A DNA stretch of 64,000 bases from an uncultured Spirochaetota bacterium (GTDB taxonomy: Bacteria > Spirochaetota > Spirochaetia > SZUA-6 > CAVTHK01). Of this stretch, positions 9,856 to 19,696 are shown piece after piece. The notes under the pieces were generated by a model. That model did no database searches, had not been told where the DNA came from, and saw only the letters and a program-made list of their open reading frames with translations. The translations under genes were made by a program, and so were the position numbers. Numbering within the stretch: position 1 is the first letter of the stretch; each line of letters opens with the position of its first letter. The stretch is from assembly GCA_963734495.1 (NCBI GenBank), contig CAVTHK010000011.1, positions 128,001-192,000 of the forward strand, written 5' to 3'.

Positions 9856-12190
9856 GTGTCGATCTTTCCCGAGCAGCGTCCCACAGGCAACTTTACGATC
9901 CCGCGTCCGGAAGACGGGCAGACCGTCGCGGTCACTCCCCCGGGTTTCGTCTGGAATCCGGCCGAGGGGGCCGCGAGCTACGCCCTGCACATCTACGACT
10001 CGAAGCGGCATGTCGTCTACACGCGGGACGGCATCACGGACCCGGTCCACGTGCCCGACCGCAAGCTCGCCCCCGGCGCGTATGAGTGGGACCTGAGCGC
10101 GGTGGACGCCGGCGGCCGGTTGCTCGGCCGCAGGGGCAAGCTCAGGTTCATCGTATCCGACGGTGTCCCCGAGCTTCCATGGGTGAGCCCGAGCGAGCTT
10201 CTCTCGCGCGTTCCCGCGGGCCACCCGCGCCTCATCTACCACGGCGACTTCCTCGCCCGCGTGCGCGCAACCCTCGGCGCGGGCAGGCGTGCGGCCTGGA
10301 AAGGCGTCGAGGAGTCGGCCGACCGAGCCCTTACTCTCGACCCCGCGCCTTATCCCACCTACGACAAGACAGGCGACGCGAACCTGTCGCGCCTCGAATA
10401 CGTCAAGTACTATCGGGCGTTCCCGCGCTGGGTCGAGGCAGGGCTTCAGCCGCTCGCCCTCGCCTACCTGGTGTCCGGGGAGGCGAAGTACGGGGCCGCG
10501 GCGAAAAAGCTTCTCGCGGCCTTTGCCGAGTGGCCGGTGGCCGACGACAACGTCACCTCCGTGCTGGCGAGATGGGGAGACGAGCCCGGGCTGCACCTCG
10601 CGCGCATAGCGCACCGCGCCTACGACTGGATCTACGATCTGCTCGACGAGCCGCTGCGGCAGGAAGGTCCTGACCATGTGCGCCGAGCGCGCGCGGCAGG
10701 CGCTGCGCCGCCTCGTCCATCGGCACAACTACCTGACGAGCCCCGCGGAGAGCCATCCCGCCCGGCTGGTCGCGTATCTTTCGGAGATGGCGATCACGAT
10801 GGCGGGCGAGGCCGAGGACGCGGCGGAGTGGCTGGAGTATTCGCTCAAGGCGCTGATGACCTTCTACCCCCACTGGTCGGGTGCGGACGGCGGGTGGGCC
10901 GAAGGGATCTTCTACGGCAAGAACTACAACAGCTACTACATCCCCGCGCTCGAGGCGCTGCGGACCGTCGGGCTCGACCTGTGGCAGCGGCCTCCGTTCA
11001 GCCTGGTGCGGAGGTTCTTCTTCTACTGCAGCACGCCCAACGCCGAGTTCAGGCCCTACGGCGACGGCGCCGACCGCGGCGGACCCAACCCGGACCTGAC
11101 GCTCCTGCTTCGTCACCACGCGCGCCGCTTCCGCGACGGCGCCTGCCAGTGGTGGGTCGAGCAGTCGAAGGCCACAGACGCCCCGGACGCGACGGTGGCC
11201 CTGCTCACGGAGGACGACGTCGAAGGCGTTCCTCCCGCGGACCTGCCGCAGGCCGCGGTCTTCCGCGACGCCGGCTGGGCGGCGCTGCACAGCGACCTTG
11301 CGCACCCCGCCGTCGACACGTTCCTGCTGTTCAAGAGCAGCCCGTACGGCAGCATCAGCCACAGCCACGCGGACCAGAACTCGTTTTCCATCCTCAAGGG
11401 CGAGAAAGCGCTTGCCATCCCGTCGGGCTACTACGGGCCTGCCTACGGCCAGCCGCATCACGCCGACTGGACGCGCCAGACCAGGGCGAACAACTCGATC
11501 CTGGTGAGCGGACGCGGGCAGGTCGTTCGCGAGGGGTGGGCCAGCGGCCGCATAACAGACCACGAGGTGGGCGGCCAGGTCTCGTACGTGTGCGGCGACG
11601 CAACCGCGGCGTATGGCGGCGACATGACCCTCTTCCGCAGGCATGTCCTGTTCGTGCGGCCGGCCCTCTTTGTCGTCCTCGACGAGCTCGCGGCCCCGCG
11701 CATCTCCAGCTTCCAGTGGCTCCTCCACGGCCTGGAGGAGATGGAGACCGACGAGGAGGCCGGCTCCGTTGCCATGCATCATCGGGGGGCGCACCTGAGG
11801 GTCCGCCTGAGCTCGCCGGCCGGGCTGTGGTTCAAGCAGACCGACCTCTTCGACACGCCCTACAACTCGGGCTCTCCGCCGGCTTTCCGCGAGGAGCACC
11901 CGAACCACTGGCACTTCACGGCGTCGACGATCAGGCCGACGACCGGGACGCGGATAGGCGCGGCCATGCTCGTGACGGGCGAAGGGGAGCAGGTGACGTG
12001 GGAGACCGCGGCCGCGGACGGCTGGCTGCGCGCTTCGGCCGCGGGCTCCGACTGGTCGGCGGAGGCGTGGGCGCGGCTCGCACCCGAGGCCGCCGTTCCC
12101 GAGGCTCTCCGCGGGTGGGCGCCGCGGGACCCGCTGCTGGTCGCGGGCCGCTGGACGCGCGGCGGCGAGCAGGAGGCGCTGCAGCGGTGA
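9856..12190 (+). CDS. DUF4962/heparinase II/III-type oligosaccharide lyase (one frameshift near 10663)
   Basis: GTG 9856 with RBS AGGGAGG; GHPRL, DGGWAEGIFY, FKSSPYGSISHSHADQNSF and N-S-ILV motifs; removing one G in CAGGAAGGTC joins ORFs 9700.. and 10676..12190. Confidence 0.8.
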
Positions 12191-12218
12191 GCCGCCGCGG
12201 CGCGCCGCTCGCTTCCCT

Positions 12219-13100
12219 TCAACCTTTGATCGATCCTATCAGGATCCCCTTCGTGAAGTACTTCTGGATAAAGGGGTAGACCACGATGATGGGGAACGCG
12301 ACCACGACGATCGTCGCCATCTGCACCGACACGGTCGGCGGCTGGTAGTCGGGGTTGATCTGGTCGAGCAGGTCGATCTGGCGCGCGGAATCGAGGATAC
12401 GACGCAGCACGACCTGCACAGGCCACAGGCGCGAGTTGTTGACGTAGATCACCGCGGCGAACCACTCGTTCCAGTGGTACACCGCGTGGAAGAGCGCCAT
12501 CGTCGCGATGGCGGCGGTCGAGAGCGGAAGCACGATCCGGAAGAGGATCACGAACTCGTTCGCCCCGTCCATCTTGGCCGACTCTTCGAGGCTGTCGGGG
12601 AGCTGCGCGAAGAAGTTGCGCATGATCAGGATGTTCCACGCCACCATGAGCCTGGGGAAGATGTAGACCCACACGGTGTTCAGCAGGCCGAGGCTGCGCA
12701 CCAGGAGGAACGTCGGGATGAGGCCTCCGGAGAACCACAGCGTGAAGGCGATCATCGCCGTGAGCGGCCCGGTCAGCGGGTAGGACTTCTTCGCGATGAC
12801 GTAGGCGAACATGGACTCGACGAGCAGGCTCAGGGCCGTGCCCGCGACCGTCCGGAAGATCGTGATCTGATACGCCCTGAAGAGCAGCGACTTGCTCGAC
12901 AGGATGAACTTGTAGGCCTCCAGGTCGATGCGCTCGGGGATGAGCGCGAACGGACGCACGGCGCGCTCGGCGTCCGACATCAGCGAGCGGCTGATCACGA
13001 AGAGAAAAGGGTAGAGGGTCGCGGCGCAGAGGAGGATCAGCACCGTGGAATTGGCGACGTCGAACAGCCTCTCTCCCAGGGTCTTCCTGATGTACAGCAT
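12219..13100 (-). CDS. Carbohydrate ABC transporter permease (LplC/YtcP-like)
   Basis: EAA loop LEESAKMDGANE, FSGGLIP, C-terminal YPFIQKYFTKGILIGSIKG. Confidence 0.93.
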   Translation of the reverse strand: MLYIRKTLGERLFDVANSTVLILLCAATLYPFLFVISRSLMSDAERAVRPFALIPERIDLEAYKFILSSKSLLFRAYQITIFRTVAGTALSLLVESMFAYVIAKKSYPLTGPLTAMIAFTLWFSGGLIPTFLLVRSLGLLNTVWVYIFPRLMVAWNILIMRNFFAQLPDSLEESAKMDGANEFVILFRIVLPLSTAAIATMALFHAVYHWNEWFAAVIYVNNSRLWPVQVVLRRILDSARQIDLLDQINPDYQPPTVSVQMATIVVVAFPIIVVYPFIQKYFTKGILIGSIKG

Positions 13101-13104
13101 GCGC

Positions 13105-14064
13105 CTACCAGAGCCCTTCGGAGCCCAGCCACTTGACGATCCTGTTGGCGGCGTAGACCAAAGCCAGGCTCGTGAATGACTGGAAGAACCCCACGGCCGT
13201 CGTGTACGAGAAGTCGGCCTGCAGGATCCCGCGCCTGTAGATGAAGGTCTCGAACACGTCGGCCACCTCGTACACCGCGGGGTTGTAGAGGTTGAAGATC
13301 TGCTGGAAGTTCTCGTTGATGATCTCGCCCACGCGCAGAATCAGGAAGATGACCACGATGTAGGCGATCGAAGGCAGCGTGATGTGCACGGCCCGCTGGT
13401 AGCGGGTCGCGCCGTCGATGTAGGCGGATTCGTACTGATCCTGCGGGATGTTGCTGATCGCGGCCAGGTACACGATGGAGCCCCAGCCGATCCCGCGCCA
13501 GATCGAGGAGGCCACGAGGACGCTTCGGAAATAGCGCGTGTCCGCGAGGAACGTGATCGGCTTGATCCCGAGCGAGCCCAGCAGCGCGTTGATGGGTCCC
13601 ATCGTGGGGGACAGCAGCATGATCGCGAGGCCCGCGATCACGACCCACGAGATGAAGTGCGGCAGGTACGTGATGGTCTGCACCGTCCGCTTGAACGCGC
13701 TGCTCGCCACCTCGTTCAGGAGCAGCGCCAGGAGGATCGGCGCGGGGAAGCCCCAGACGAGGCGGTAGGTGCTGATGAGCAGCGTGTTCCGCAGCAGCCT
13801 CCAGAAGTAGTGGCTGGAGAACAGGTTCGCGAAGTGCTTCCAGCCGGCCCACGGCGCGTTGATCACGCCCATCACGCCGCCCATCCCGTTGTAGTCCTTG
13901 AACGCGATGACGAGCCCGTAGATCGGCACGTAGTGGAAGAGGAGAAAGTAGAGGATGCCGGGCAGCGCCAGCAGGTGGAAGAACCGGTACTTCCACAGGA
14001 AGAGCCGGGCCCGCGCGATGAGCGGGGCCCGGTTCGCGGCGGCCGTCGTCTCGAAGCCGTTCAC
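13105..14064 (-). CDS. Carbohydrate ABC transporter permease (LplB-like)
   Basis: QTITYLPHFISWVV, GWGSIVYLAAI, YESAYIDGA motifs. Confidence 0.93.
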   Translation of the reverse strand: MNGFETTAAANRAPLIARARLFLWKYRFFHLLALPGILYFLLFHYVPIYGLVIAFKDYNGMGGVMGVINAPWAGWKHFANLFSSHYFWRLLRNTLLISTYRLVWGFPAPILLALLLNEVASSAFKRTVQTITYLPHFISWVVIAGLAIMLLSPTMGPINALLGSLGIKPITFLADTRYFRSVLVASSIWRGIGWGSIVYLAAISNIPQDQYESAYIDGATRYQRAVHITLPSIAYIVVIFLILRVGEIINENFQQIFNLYNPAVYEVADVFETFIYRRGILQADFSYTTAVGFFQSFTSLALVYAANRIVKWLGSEGLW

Positions 14065-14071
14065 CGCGGCG

Positions 14072-15679
14072 CTACTTCTTCTGGTACTCGCTGTACATCT
14101 TCGTGGCGAGCTCGACGTACTTGTCGCCGTGAATCTTGCGGTACTGAGCGATCACGGCGTCCCAGTCGCTGACGGGCCGCTTGCCGATGATGATGTTCAC
14201 GACCGCTTCTTCGATGAGCGTCTGCGCGTCAGCCATCGAGTTCTCGACCGGCGTTCCCTTCCACTTGTAGGCGACGAACCAGTCGGGCGACCAGACGTAG
14301 CCGATGTTCTGCATCATTGTCTGGACTTCGTCGTACTTGTTCCTGACGAAGCCGGCGTCGATATTGACGACCTTCGTGAAAAAGGAGTGGCTGTCCTCGG
14401 TGAGCGCGTAGGCCTTGCGGTAGATCCTCTTCTGCGGGTCCTTGTACTGCTTGATCTCGCCCTTGGCCTCGTCTGCCCACTCCCAGTGCGGGCCGGGCAG
14501 CCCTTCGCGCGTGATCAGGTAGTTGGTCTTGGAGGCCACGGACCACTGGAAGAGCTTGATGGCCCACTCGGCGTTCTTGCTGTAGGAGACGATCCCCATG
14601 AACGGCGTCCCGGGCGGCTGGCGGGGGACCTGGAAGGGCTTGCCGTTCTCGAGCTTGATCTGGGGATACTCGTAGTACGCTTGGGGGACCTTCTTCATGA
14701 GGGTTTCCCACGGGCGCACGATGTTTGAGTACCAGCCGATGGAGGCGCCGACCCTGTTGGCGATGACGAGGTCCTCGACCTGGTTTCTCTTGAGCGTGTA
14801 CTGCTCGGGGTGGAGGATCCCTTCCTTGTGCCACTGCGCCATCTTCGCGAGGTAGTCCTTGTACTTCGGGTGCATGACGTGGGGTACGACGCGGCCCTGC
14901 TCGTCAATGTAGTTGGCGTCGTAGCCGGCCGGCACTCCCGTGATGATGTAGGGCAGCACGCGCTCGAAGTCCTCGTTGTAGTTCCTCGCTACCATGGGGA
15001 AGGAGTCGACCTTGCCGTTCCCGTCCGGGTCCCCGGTTTTCACGGCTTTGAGGTAGGCTTCGAGCTCGGCGAGGGTCGAGGGCGGATTCTTGAATCCGAG
15101 CTTCTCCCTCCAGTCCTTGCGGATGAAGACCATGTTCCCCATGTTGCCCTGCCTGCGGGGGATGGCCCAGATCTTTCCGTCCTTGTCCTTGACGGCCGCC
15201 CAGCATACCTCCTCGGAGAAGTGCTTCTTGAGGATCGGCCCGTACTGATCCAGCGGCTTGTTGAGCGCCATGAGCGCGCCACGGTCGACCATGTCCCACA
15301 TGCTCGCCCGCTGGGTGCTCACCTCGAAGGCGTCGACGTCCTCCTGGGATGCCAGCGCGAGGTTGGCCTTCTTGGCGAGCTCCTCGTCGTCCTTGGCGTA
15401 GATCATCTCGAACTTGATCCCGGAGTCCTTCTCTATGAAGTCCTTGACCTTCTGGTTGTCATCCGCTTCCCAGCCGCCGGTGTCCATCTGGATCATGAGG
15501 ATCTTGACGGGCTTGGCCTGGACGGATGCGGCGGCCGCCCCCGCTTCCTGCTTTCCTGCGGCCCAGAGGGACGCGCAGGAGAGGACGACGATGCACCCGA
15601 CCAGCCAGAGCGTCAGTCTCCCGCCGGTGCGCCCGGCCGCGCTCAGGCACCGTGCCGAATTCTTGCCGACTCGCTTCAT
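14072..15679 (-). CDS. Extracellular solute-binding protein (LplA-like)
   Basis: RBS AGGAGG; signal peptide then AGKQE; DGKIWAIP, IRKDW, GDPDGNGKVD motifs; upstream of two permeases. Confidence 0.9.
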   Translation of the reverse strand: MKRVGKNSARCLSAAGRTGGRLTLWLVGCIVVLSCASLWAAGKQEAGAAAASVQAKPVKILMIQMDTGGWEADDNQKVKDFIEKDSGIKFEMIYAKDDEELAKKANLALASQEDVDAFEVSTQRASMWDMVDRGALMALNKPLDQYGPILKKHFSEEVCWAAVKDKDGKIWAIPRRQGNMGNMVFIRKDWREKLGFKNPPSTLAELEAYLKAVKTGDPDGNGKVDSFPMVARNYNEDFERVLPYIITGVPAGYDANYIDEQGRVVPHVMHPKYKDYLAKMAQWHKEGILHPEQYTLKRNQVEDLVIANRVGASIGWYSNIVRPWETLMKKVPQAYYEYPQIKLENGKPFQVPRQPPGTPFMGIVSYSKNAEWAIKLFQWSVASKTNYLITREGLPGPHWEWADEAKGEIKQYKDPQKRIYRKAYALTEDSHSFFTKVVNIDAGFVRNKYDEVQTMMQNIGYVWSPDWFVAYKWKGTPVENSMADAQTLIEEAVVNIIIGKRPVSDWDAVIAQYRKIHGDKYVELATKMYSEYQKK

Positions 15680-15762
15680 CTGTCCGCCTCCTTTTTGCCC
15701 CCTGTGCTCCGGGGGGCTTGCCCCCCGCTCGGGGGGTTCGAGAGTCTGCGTGAACCGACTGG

Positions 15763-15806
15763 ATTGTCCCGGCAGCAGGTCGCCGGCGTAAAGGGCACTT
15801 TTCTCC
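15763..15806 (-). promoter_or_regulatory. Second copy of the putative activator site plus promoter for the ABC operon
   Basis: Minus strand reads GGAGAAAAGTGCCCTTTACG-N18-GACAAT; 18 of 19 nt identical to 9787-9805. Confidence 0.55.
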
Positions 15807-15860
15807 GATTATCCCCTTTTCCCGCGCCGCGGGCGCGGGGGCAGGTGGGCTCCGCGGGCC

Positions 15861-18263
15861 TCACGCCACGATCTTGCGGTAGCGATGGGGAGTCGCGCCC
15901 TTTACCTTCTTGAAGACCCGGATGAAGTACTTGGCGCTTCCGTAGCCGACCTGCCGCGCCACGTCCTTGACCTTCGCGTTTCTGAGGAGGAGGCGGCAGG
16001 CACTGTCGATCCTGCGCTGCGTGAGCAGCTCGACGAACGTTCTCCCCATCCTCTCCTTGAGGACGCGGTAGATCCTCGAGGGGCTGAGGTGCAGGTCCGC
16101 GGCGAGACGGTCCATGCACAGCAGCGGATTGTCGAAGTTCGCGTCGACGTACTCCATGACTCTGCGCAGGAACTCGCCGTCCGCATCCTCCGCCGCCTTG
16201 CGGCGCCGGCCGCAAACGCAGGCGATGAGCCTGCGGAAGAACACCTCGGCGCCGTCGAGGGTCTTGAGGCCCGCGAGGACTTCGAGCACGGGCTCACCGT
16301 GCGTCACCTCGTCCGGGAGGCGGCCGCTGCCCGCGTACCCCGAGATCATCACGTAGAGCCGGATGACGAAATCCTCCAGGTCCCGGCCGCAGGCACGCTG
16401 TTCGCGGAGGGTGCGGTCGAGCACTTCGCCGAGCGCCTCCTGCGCGGCGTCGTCCCTTCCGGCGGACACCGCCTTTTCCAGGGGCTCCCATCCGCACTCC
16501 AGCGCCGACGGGCGGGCCGGCGAGCCGCGCCTCGCGTCCTCGCTGGAGACGACCGCGGTGCGGCCAGTGACCGGCCGCCGGCTCAACGCCGCCAGGCTCT
16601 CGTTATACAGCCCGGGAAGGTCCGAGGGCCGCGCCGCGCGCCTGCTGACTCCGACGGCGAGCTCCACGCCGAGGTATTCTCTCGCGCCGTCCGCGAGCTG
16701 GCGGGCCAGCTCGACGGAGGCGACGCTGTCGGGATCATCGCGATGGTCGGTGACGATGACGTCGAGGCCGGCGTCGTCGGCGTCGACGATGTACGCGGAA
16801 TAGCGCCGGCCCTCCAGGATGCGCTCGACAAGGCCGCTCAGGCTGAGCTTGAGGACCGGAAGGCGGAAACCCGCCTCCTCCAGCTCGTAGAGGTTCAGCA
16901 CCTCCATGGCCAGAACGCGGACGGCGCGCCCCTCGAGCTCGATGCCCAGCTCGGCGAAGCGCCTGCCGATCTCGTCCTCGCCCAGGGAGGAGTCGGTGAG
17001 CAGCCGGTGCAGGAAGCGCTCGCGGTAGACCGGCAGCATCTGCCCGAGGCGGTCGGCGAGCAGGACGTTCTTCTGCGCGATCCCGCGGACGTAGCGGTCG
17101 ATGTCGCGGAAGGCGGCGATGCCGCTGTGGCTGAGCTGCTCGCGCAGCGAGTCGATCAGCTCGTCCATCGGCCGCGACGTGAGGCGCGCGGTGAGCACTC
17201 CGAGCAGGAGGATGGTCGCGAGCAGGAGCATGCTTGCGAGCACCGTCGCGCCCTGCATGGAGGCGATCAACGCCCGCACCTCGTCGTACGACTTGACCCA
17301 CACGAAATCCCAGCCGAGGAGCGGAGAGCTGGTCCTGGTGAGCAGCCATGCGCGGCCGCCCTCGCGCCGGACGACCGTCGTGTCCCTCGCGGCGTCCCGC
17401 TCCTCTCGAAATGCTGAGAGCACCAGGGGAAGGGCGTCCCGCTGTCCAAGGATCATCTCGCCGCGGGCGCCCAGGACGACCAGGTCGTTGCCCCGCCCGA
17501 GGCCCATCCGGCTGATCACGTCCTCGTAGATGGTTGCGGGGTCGATGTTGACGATCAGCGCGCCTTCGTTGCGCGGGCCGCCGGTCGGGAGCCGCGAGAC
17601 GAGGCTGATGACCGTCTCCGGGGGTCTCTCGTCGTGGATCGAGGTCCGCATCGAGCGCTGGTTCACGAGCGTGATCTGCCGCTCTGACGCCCGGTACGGC
17701 TCGAGCCAGGTGTGGTCGGGAAAGGTTTCGATCGAGCAGAAGCCGTAGTCGGTGTCGTAGACCTGGCCGCTGCGCTGCAGGTAGACGGAGAGCGAGCGGA
17801 CGTACTTGCCGCCGTACCGGATCTCGGCGAGGCGGGCGAGGACGGCCTGCCTGCGCAGCGGGTCGCTCGACCCGCCCTGCGCCAGCAGCCCCTTGATGAT
17901 CGAGTCGCCGTTGACCTGGTTGGTGCTGTCGAGGATCCCGTCGATGATGAGCGAGACGGCGCCCACGGACTGGGCGAGCATGGCGCGGTTCGACTGGATG
18001 TAGAGCGAGGTGAGCCTGTTGCGCGCGCTGCGCGAATAGAAGAGTCCGCCCCCGAGGACGGAGAGCAGGCTGAAGGCAGCGATCACCAGGTAGAGCTGGA
18101 GGAATACCCCTCGCCGGCCCAGATGTCGATGCAGCGGTCGTTCTGCCCTCACGGCCCGCAAGTATGCGCCTTCGCGAAAAGGCCCGTCAACGCGCAACGC
18201 GGCTGCCTCGCCGCTGCCGCCGCCCGCAGCGCTCACCTCCCGCGGTGTATCGTTGCGCCGCAC
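15861..18263 (-). CDS. Membrane-anchored AraC-family regulator with Cache-like sensor (YesS/YtdP-like); start uncertain
   Basis: Two TM helices flank an extracytoplasmic domain; C-terminal AraC HTH (LAADLHLSPSRIY...VARQVGYGSAKYFIRVFKK..G.TP..YR). Confidence 0.88.
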   Translation of the reverse strand: MRRNDTPREVSAAGGGSGEAAALRVDGPFREGAYLRAVRAERPLHRHLGRRGVFLQLYLVIAAFSLLSVLGGGLFYSRSARNRLTSLYIQSNRAMLAQSVGAVSLIIDGILDSTNQVNGDSIIKGLLAQGGSSDPLRRQAVLARLAEIRYGGKYVRSLSVYLQRSGQVYDTDYGFCSIETFPDHTWLEPYRASERQITLVNQRSMRTSIHDERPPETVISLVSRLPTGGPRNEGALIVNIDPATIYEDVISRMGLGRGNDLVVLGARGEMILGQRDALPLVLSAFREERDAARDTTVVRREGGRAWLLTRTSSPLLGWDFVWVKSYDEVRALIASMQGATVLASMLLLATILLLGVLTARLTSRPMDELIDSLREQLSHSGIAAFRDIDRYVRGIAQKNVLLADRLGQMLPVYRERFLHRLLTDSSLGEDEIGRRFAELGIELEGRAVRVLAMEVLNLYELEEAGFRLPVLKLSLSGLVERILEGRRYSAYIVDADDAGLDVIVTDHRDDPDSVASVELARQLADGAREYLGVELAVGVSRRAARPSDLPGLYNESLAALSRRPVTGRTAVVSSEDARRGSPARPSALECGWEPLEKAVSAGRDDAAQEALGEVLDRTLREQRACGRDLEDFVIRLYVMISGYAGSGRLPDEVTHGEPVLEVLAGLKTLDGAEVFFRRLIACVCGRRRKAAEDADGEFLRRVMEYVDANFDNPLLCMDRLAADLHLSPSRIYRVLKERMGRTFVELLTQRRIDSACRLLLRNAKVKDVARQVGYGSAKYFIRVFKKVKGATPHRYRKIVA

Positions 18264-18350
18264 GCCGCCTGCTGTCCACCGCGCGCCCCCTTGCCCGCGC
18301 CGGCCAGTGTGGCATAATCCGCGAAGCAGCGCGAAAGGGGCGGGAAAGCC

Positions 18351-19628
18351 ATGCGTACCATTATCGAGCCGTCACGTGAGACCCCGGTCGTCGCGGAAGT
18401 GGACGTGCTGGTGGCCGGCGGCGGGCCGTCGGGAGTCGCGGCCGCTGTCGCCGCGGCCCGTCTCGGCGCGCGCACGCTGCTGCTGGAGCGCTACGGCTGC
18501 CTGGGAGGGCTGGCGACCGGCGGGCTCGTCCTGCACCTGATGGCCATGTTCGACAAGGCGGGCCGGCGCTGGGTCGGCGGGCTCGCGTGGGAGACGGCCG
18601 AGCGGCTCGCCGCGCTCGGCGGCTTGGCGCACGAGAGCCCCACGCGGCCGCACGCGGACTCCGAGCTCCTCAAGGTCGTGTGCGACCGCATGTGCGCGGA
18701 AGCCGGCGTCACGCTGCGGCTGCACTCGTGGGGCGTCGGCGCGCTGGTCGAAGGAGGTGCCGTCCGCGGCGCGATCGTCGAGAGCAAGTCGGGCCGGCAG
18801 GCGGTGCTCGCGAAAGCGTGTGTCGATGCGACGGGCGACGCGGACCTCGCGGCCGGCGCGGGCGCGGCGTACCGCAGCGGCACCATGGCCATCGGCCTCC
18901 CGCTCAAGATCGGCGGTGTCGACCTCGATGCATGGCGGGAGTTCGAGTCCAGGGATCCCGAGCGCGCCCGGGATCTCGCCGAAGAGGTCAGGGCGGCAGG
19001 CGGGTACCGCATTCGACCGCGGCCCACCCCTTATGGCGCGGCTGGAGTCTACTGGGTGAACATCAACGGGCTTGCCCGCAGGGCTTCCGGCGCCGCGGCG
19101 AACGGCAGCGACAAGCTCGAAGGCGACCTGGACGCGACCAGCGTAGAGGACCTGAGCTGGGCCGAGGTCGAGCTGCGGGAGCGCACGCTCGCGTCGCTCG
19201 ACTTCTACCGCAGGAACGCGCCGGGGTTCGAGAAGGTGCATCTGCTCGCCTTCGCGTCGCAGCTCGGCGTGAGGGACAGCCGCCATATTCGCGCGGTGCG
19301 CTCGGTGTCGAAGGCCGACGTCGAAGCTGACCACGCCTGGACCGACGGGGTCGGCTGCGTCGCGATGGACTACTCCACGCCCGGCCATGCGCGCGTGCCT
19401 TACGGCTGCCTTGTGCCGGAGCGGCTCGACGGGCTCCTCGCCGCCGGCCGCGCGATCGATGGCGACGACTGGGTGATGGAGACGCTGCGCCTCATCCCGC
19501 CGGCGATGGTCAGCGGCCAGGCCGCCGGCACCGCGGCGGCCCTCGCCGTGCGCGACGGGATCCCGCTCCGTGCCGTGGACACCGCTGCCCTCCGCGCCCG
19601 GCTCGAGCGGGACGGCGTGATCCTGTAG
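18351..19628 (+). CDS. FAD-dependent oxidoreductase
   Basis: DVLVAGGGPSG..AA, LERYGCLGGLAT.G, VDATGDAD, VPYGCLVP, GQAAGTAAA motifs. Confidence 0.9.
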   Translation: MRTIIEPSRETPVVAEVDVLVAGGGPSGVAAAVAAARLGARTLLLERYGCLGGLATGGLVLHLMAMFDKAGRRWVGGLAWETAERLAALGGLAHESPTRPHADSELLKVVCDRMCAEAGVTLRLHSWGVGALVEGGAVRGAIVESKSGRQAVLAKACVDATGDADLAAGAGAAYRSGTMAIGLPLKIGGVDLDAWREFESRDPERARDLAEEVRAAGGYRIRPRPTPYGAAGVYWVNINGLARRASGAAANGSDKLEGDLDATSVEDLSWAEVELRERTLASLDFYRRNAPGFEKVHLLAFASQLGVRDSRHIRAVRSVSKADVEADHAWTDGVGCVAMDYSTPGHARVPYGCLVPERLDGLLAAGRAIDGDDWVMETLRLIPPAMVSGQAAGTAAALAVRDGIPLRAVDTAALRARLERDGVIL

Positions 19629-19639
19629 CGCGTTCTTTC

Positions 19640-19667
19640 TTGACTTCGGCAATCGCGGGTATATCAT
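19640..19667 (+). promoter_or_regulatory. Putative sigma70 promoter of the ABC/ADP-ribosylglycohydrolase operon
   Basis: TTGACT-N16-TATCAT about 30 nt upstream of GGAGGAGG and ATG 19697. Confidence 0.55.
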
Positions 19668-19696
19668 GGATCCAATCTTCCCGGAGGAGGTGCCTC

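Noticed and set aside
10655-10670. Programmed ribosomal frameshifting or phase variation at the broken genes
   Set aside because: No consistent slippery heptamer or long repeat tract at the breaks I traced; they are too many and too varied.
9700-12279. 859-aa ORF as a single protein
   Set aside because: Protein-like only to about 10660; the real C-terminus is in frame 10676..12190.
15730-15760. tRNA suggested by GGTTCGAGA
   Set aside because: No cloverleaf or acceptor stem can be built around it.
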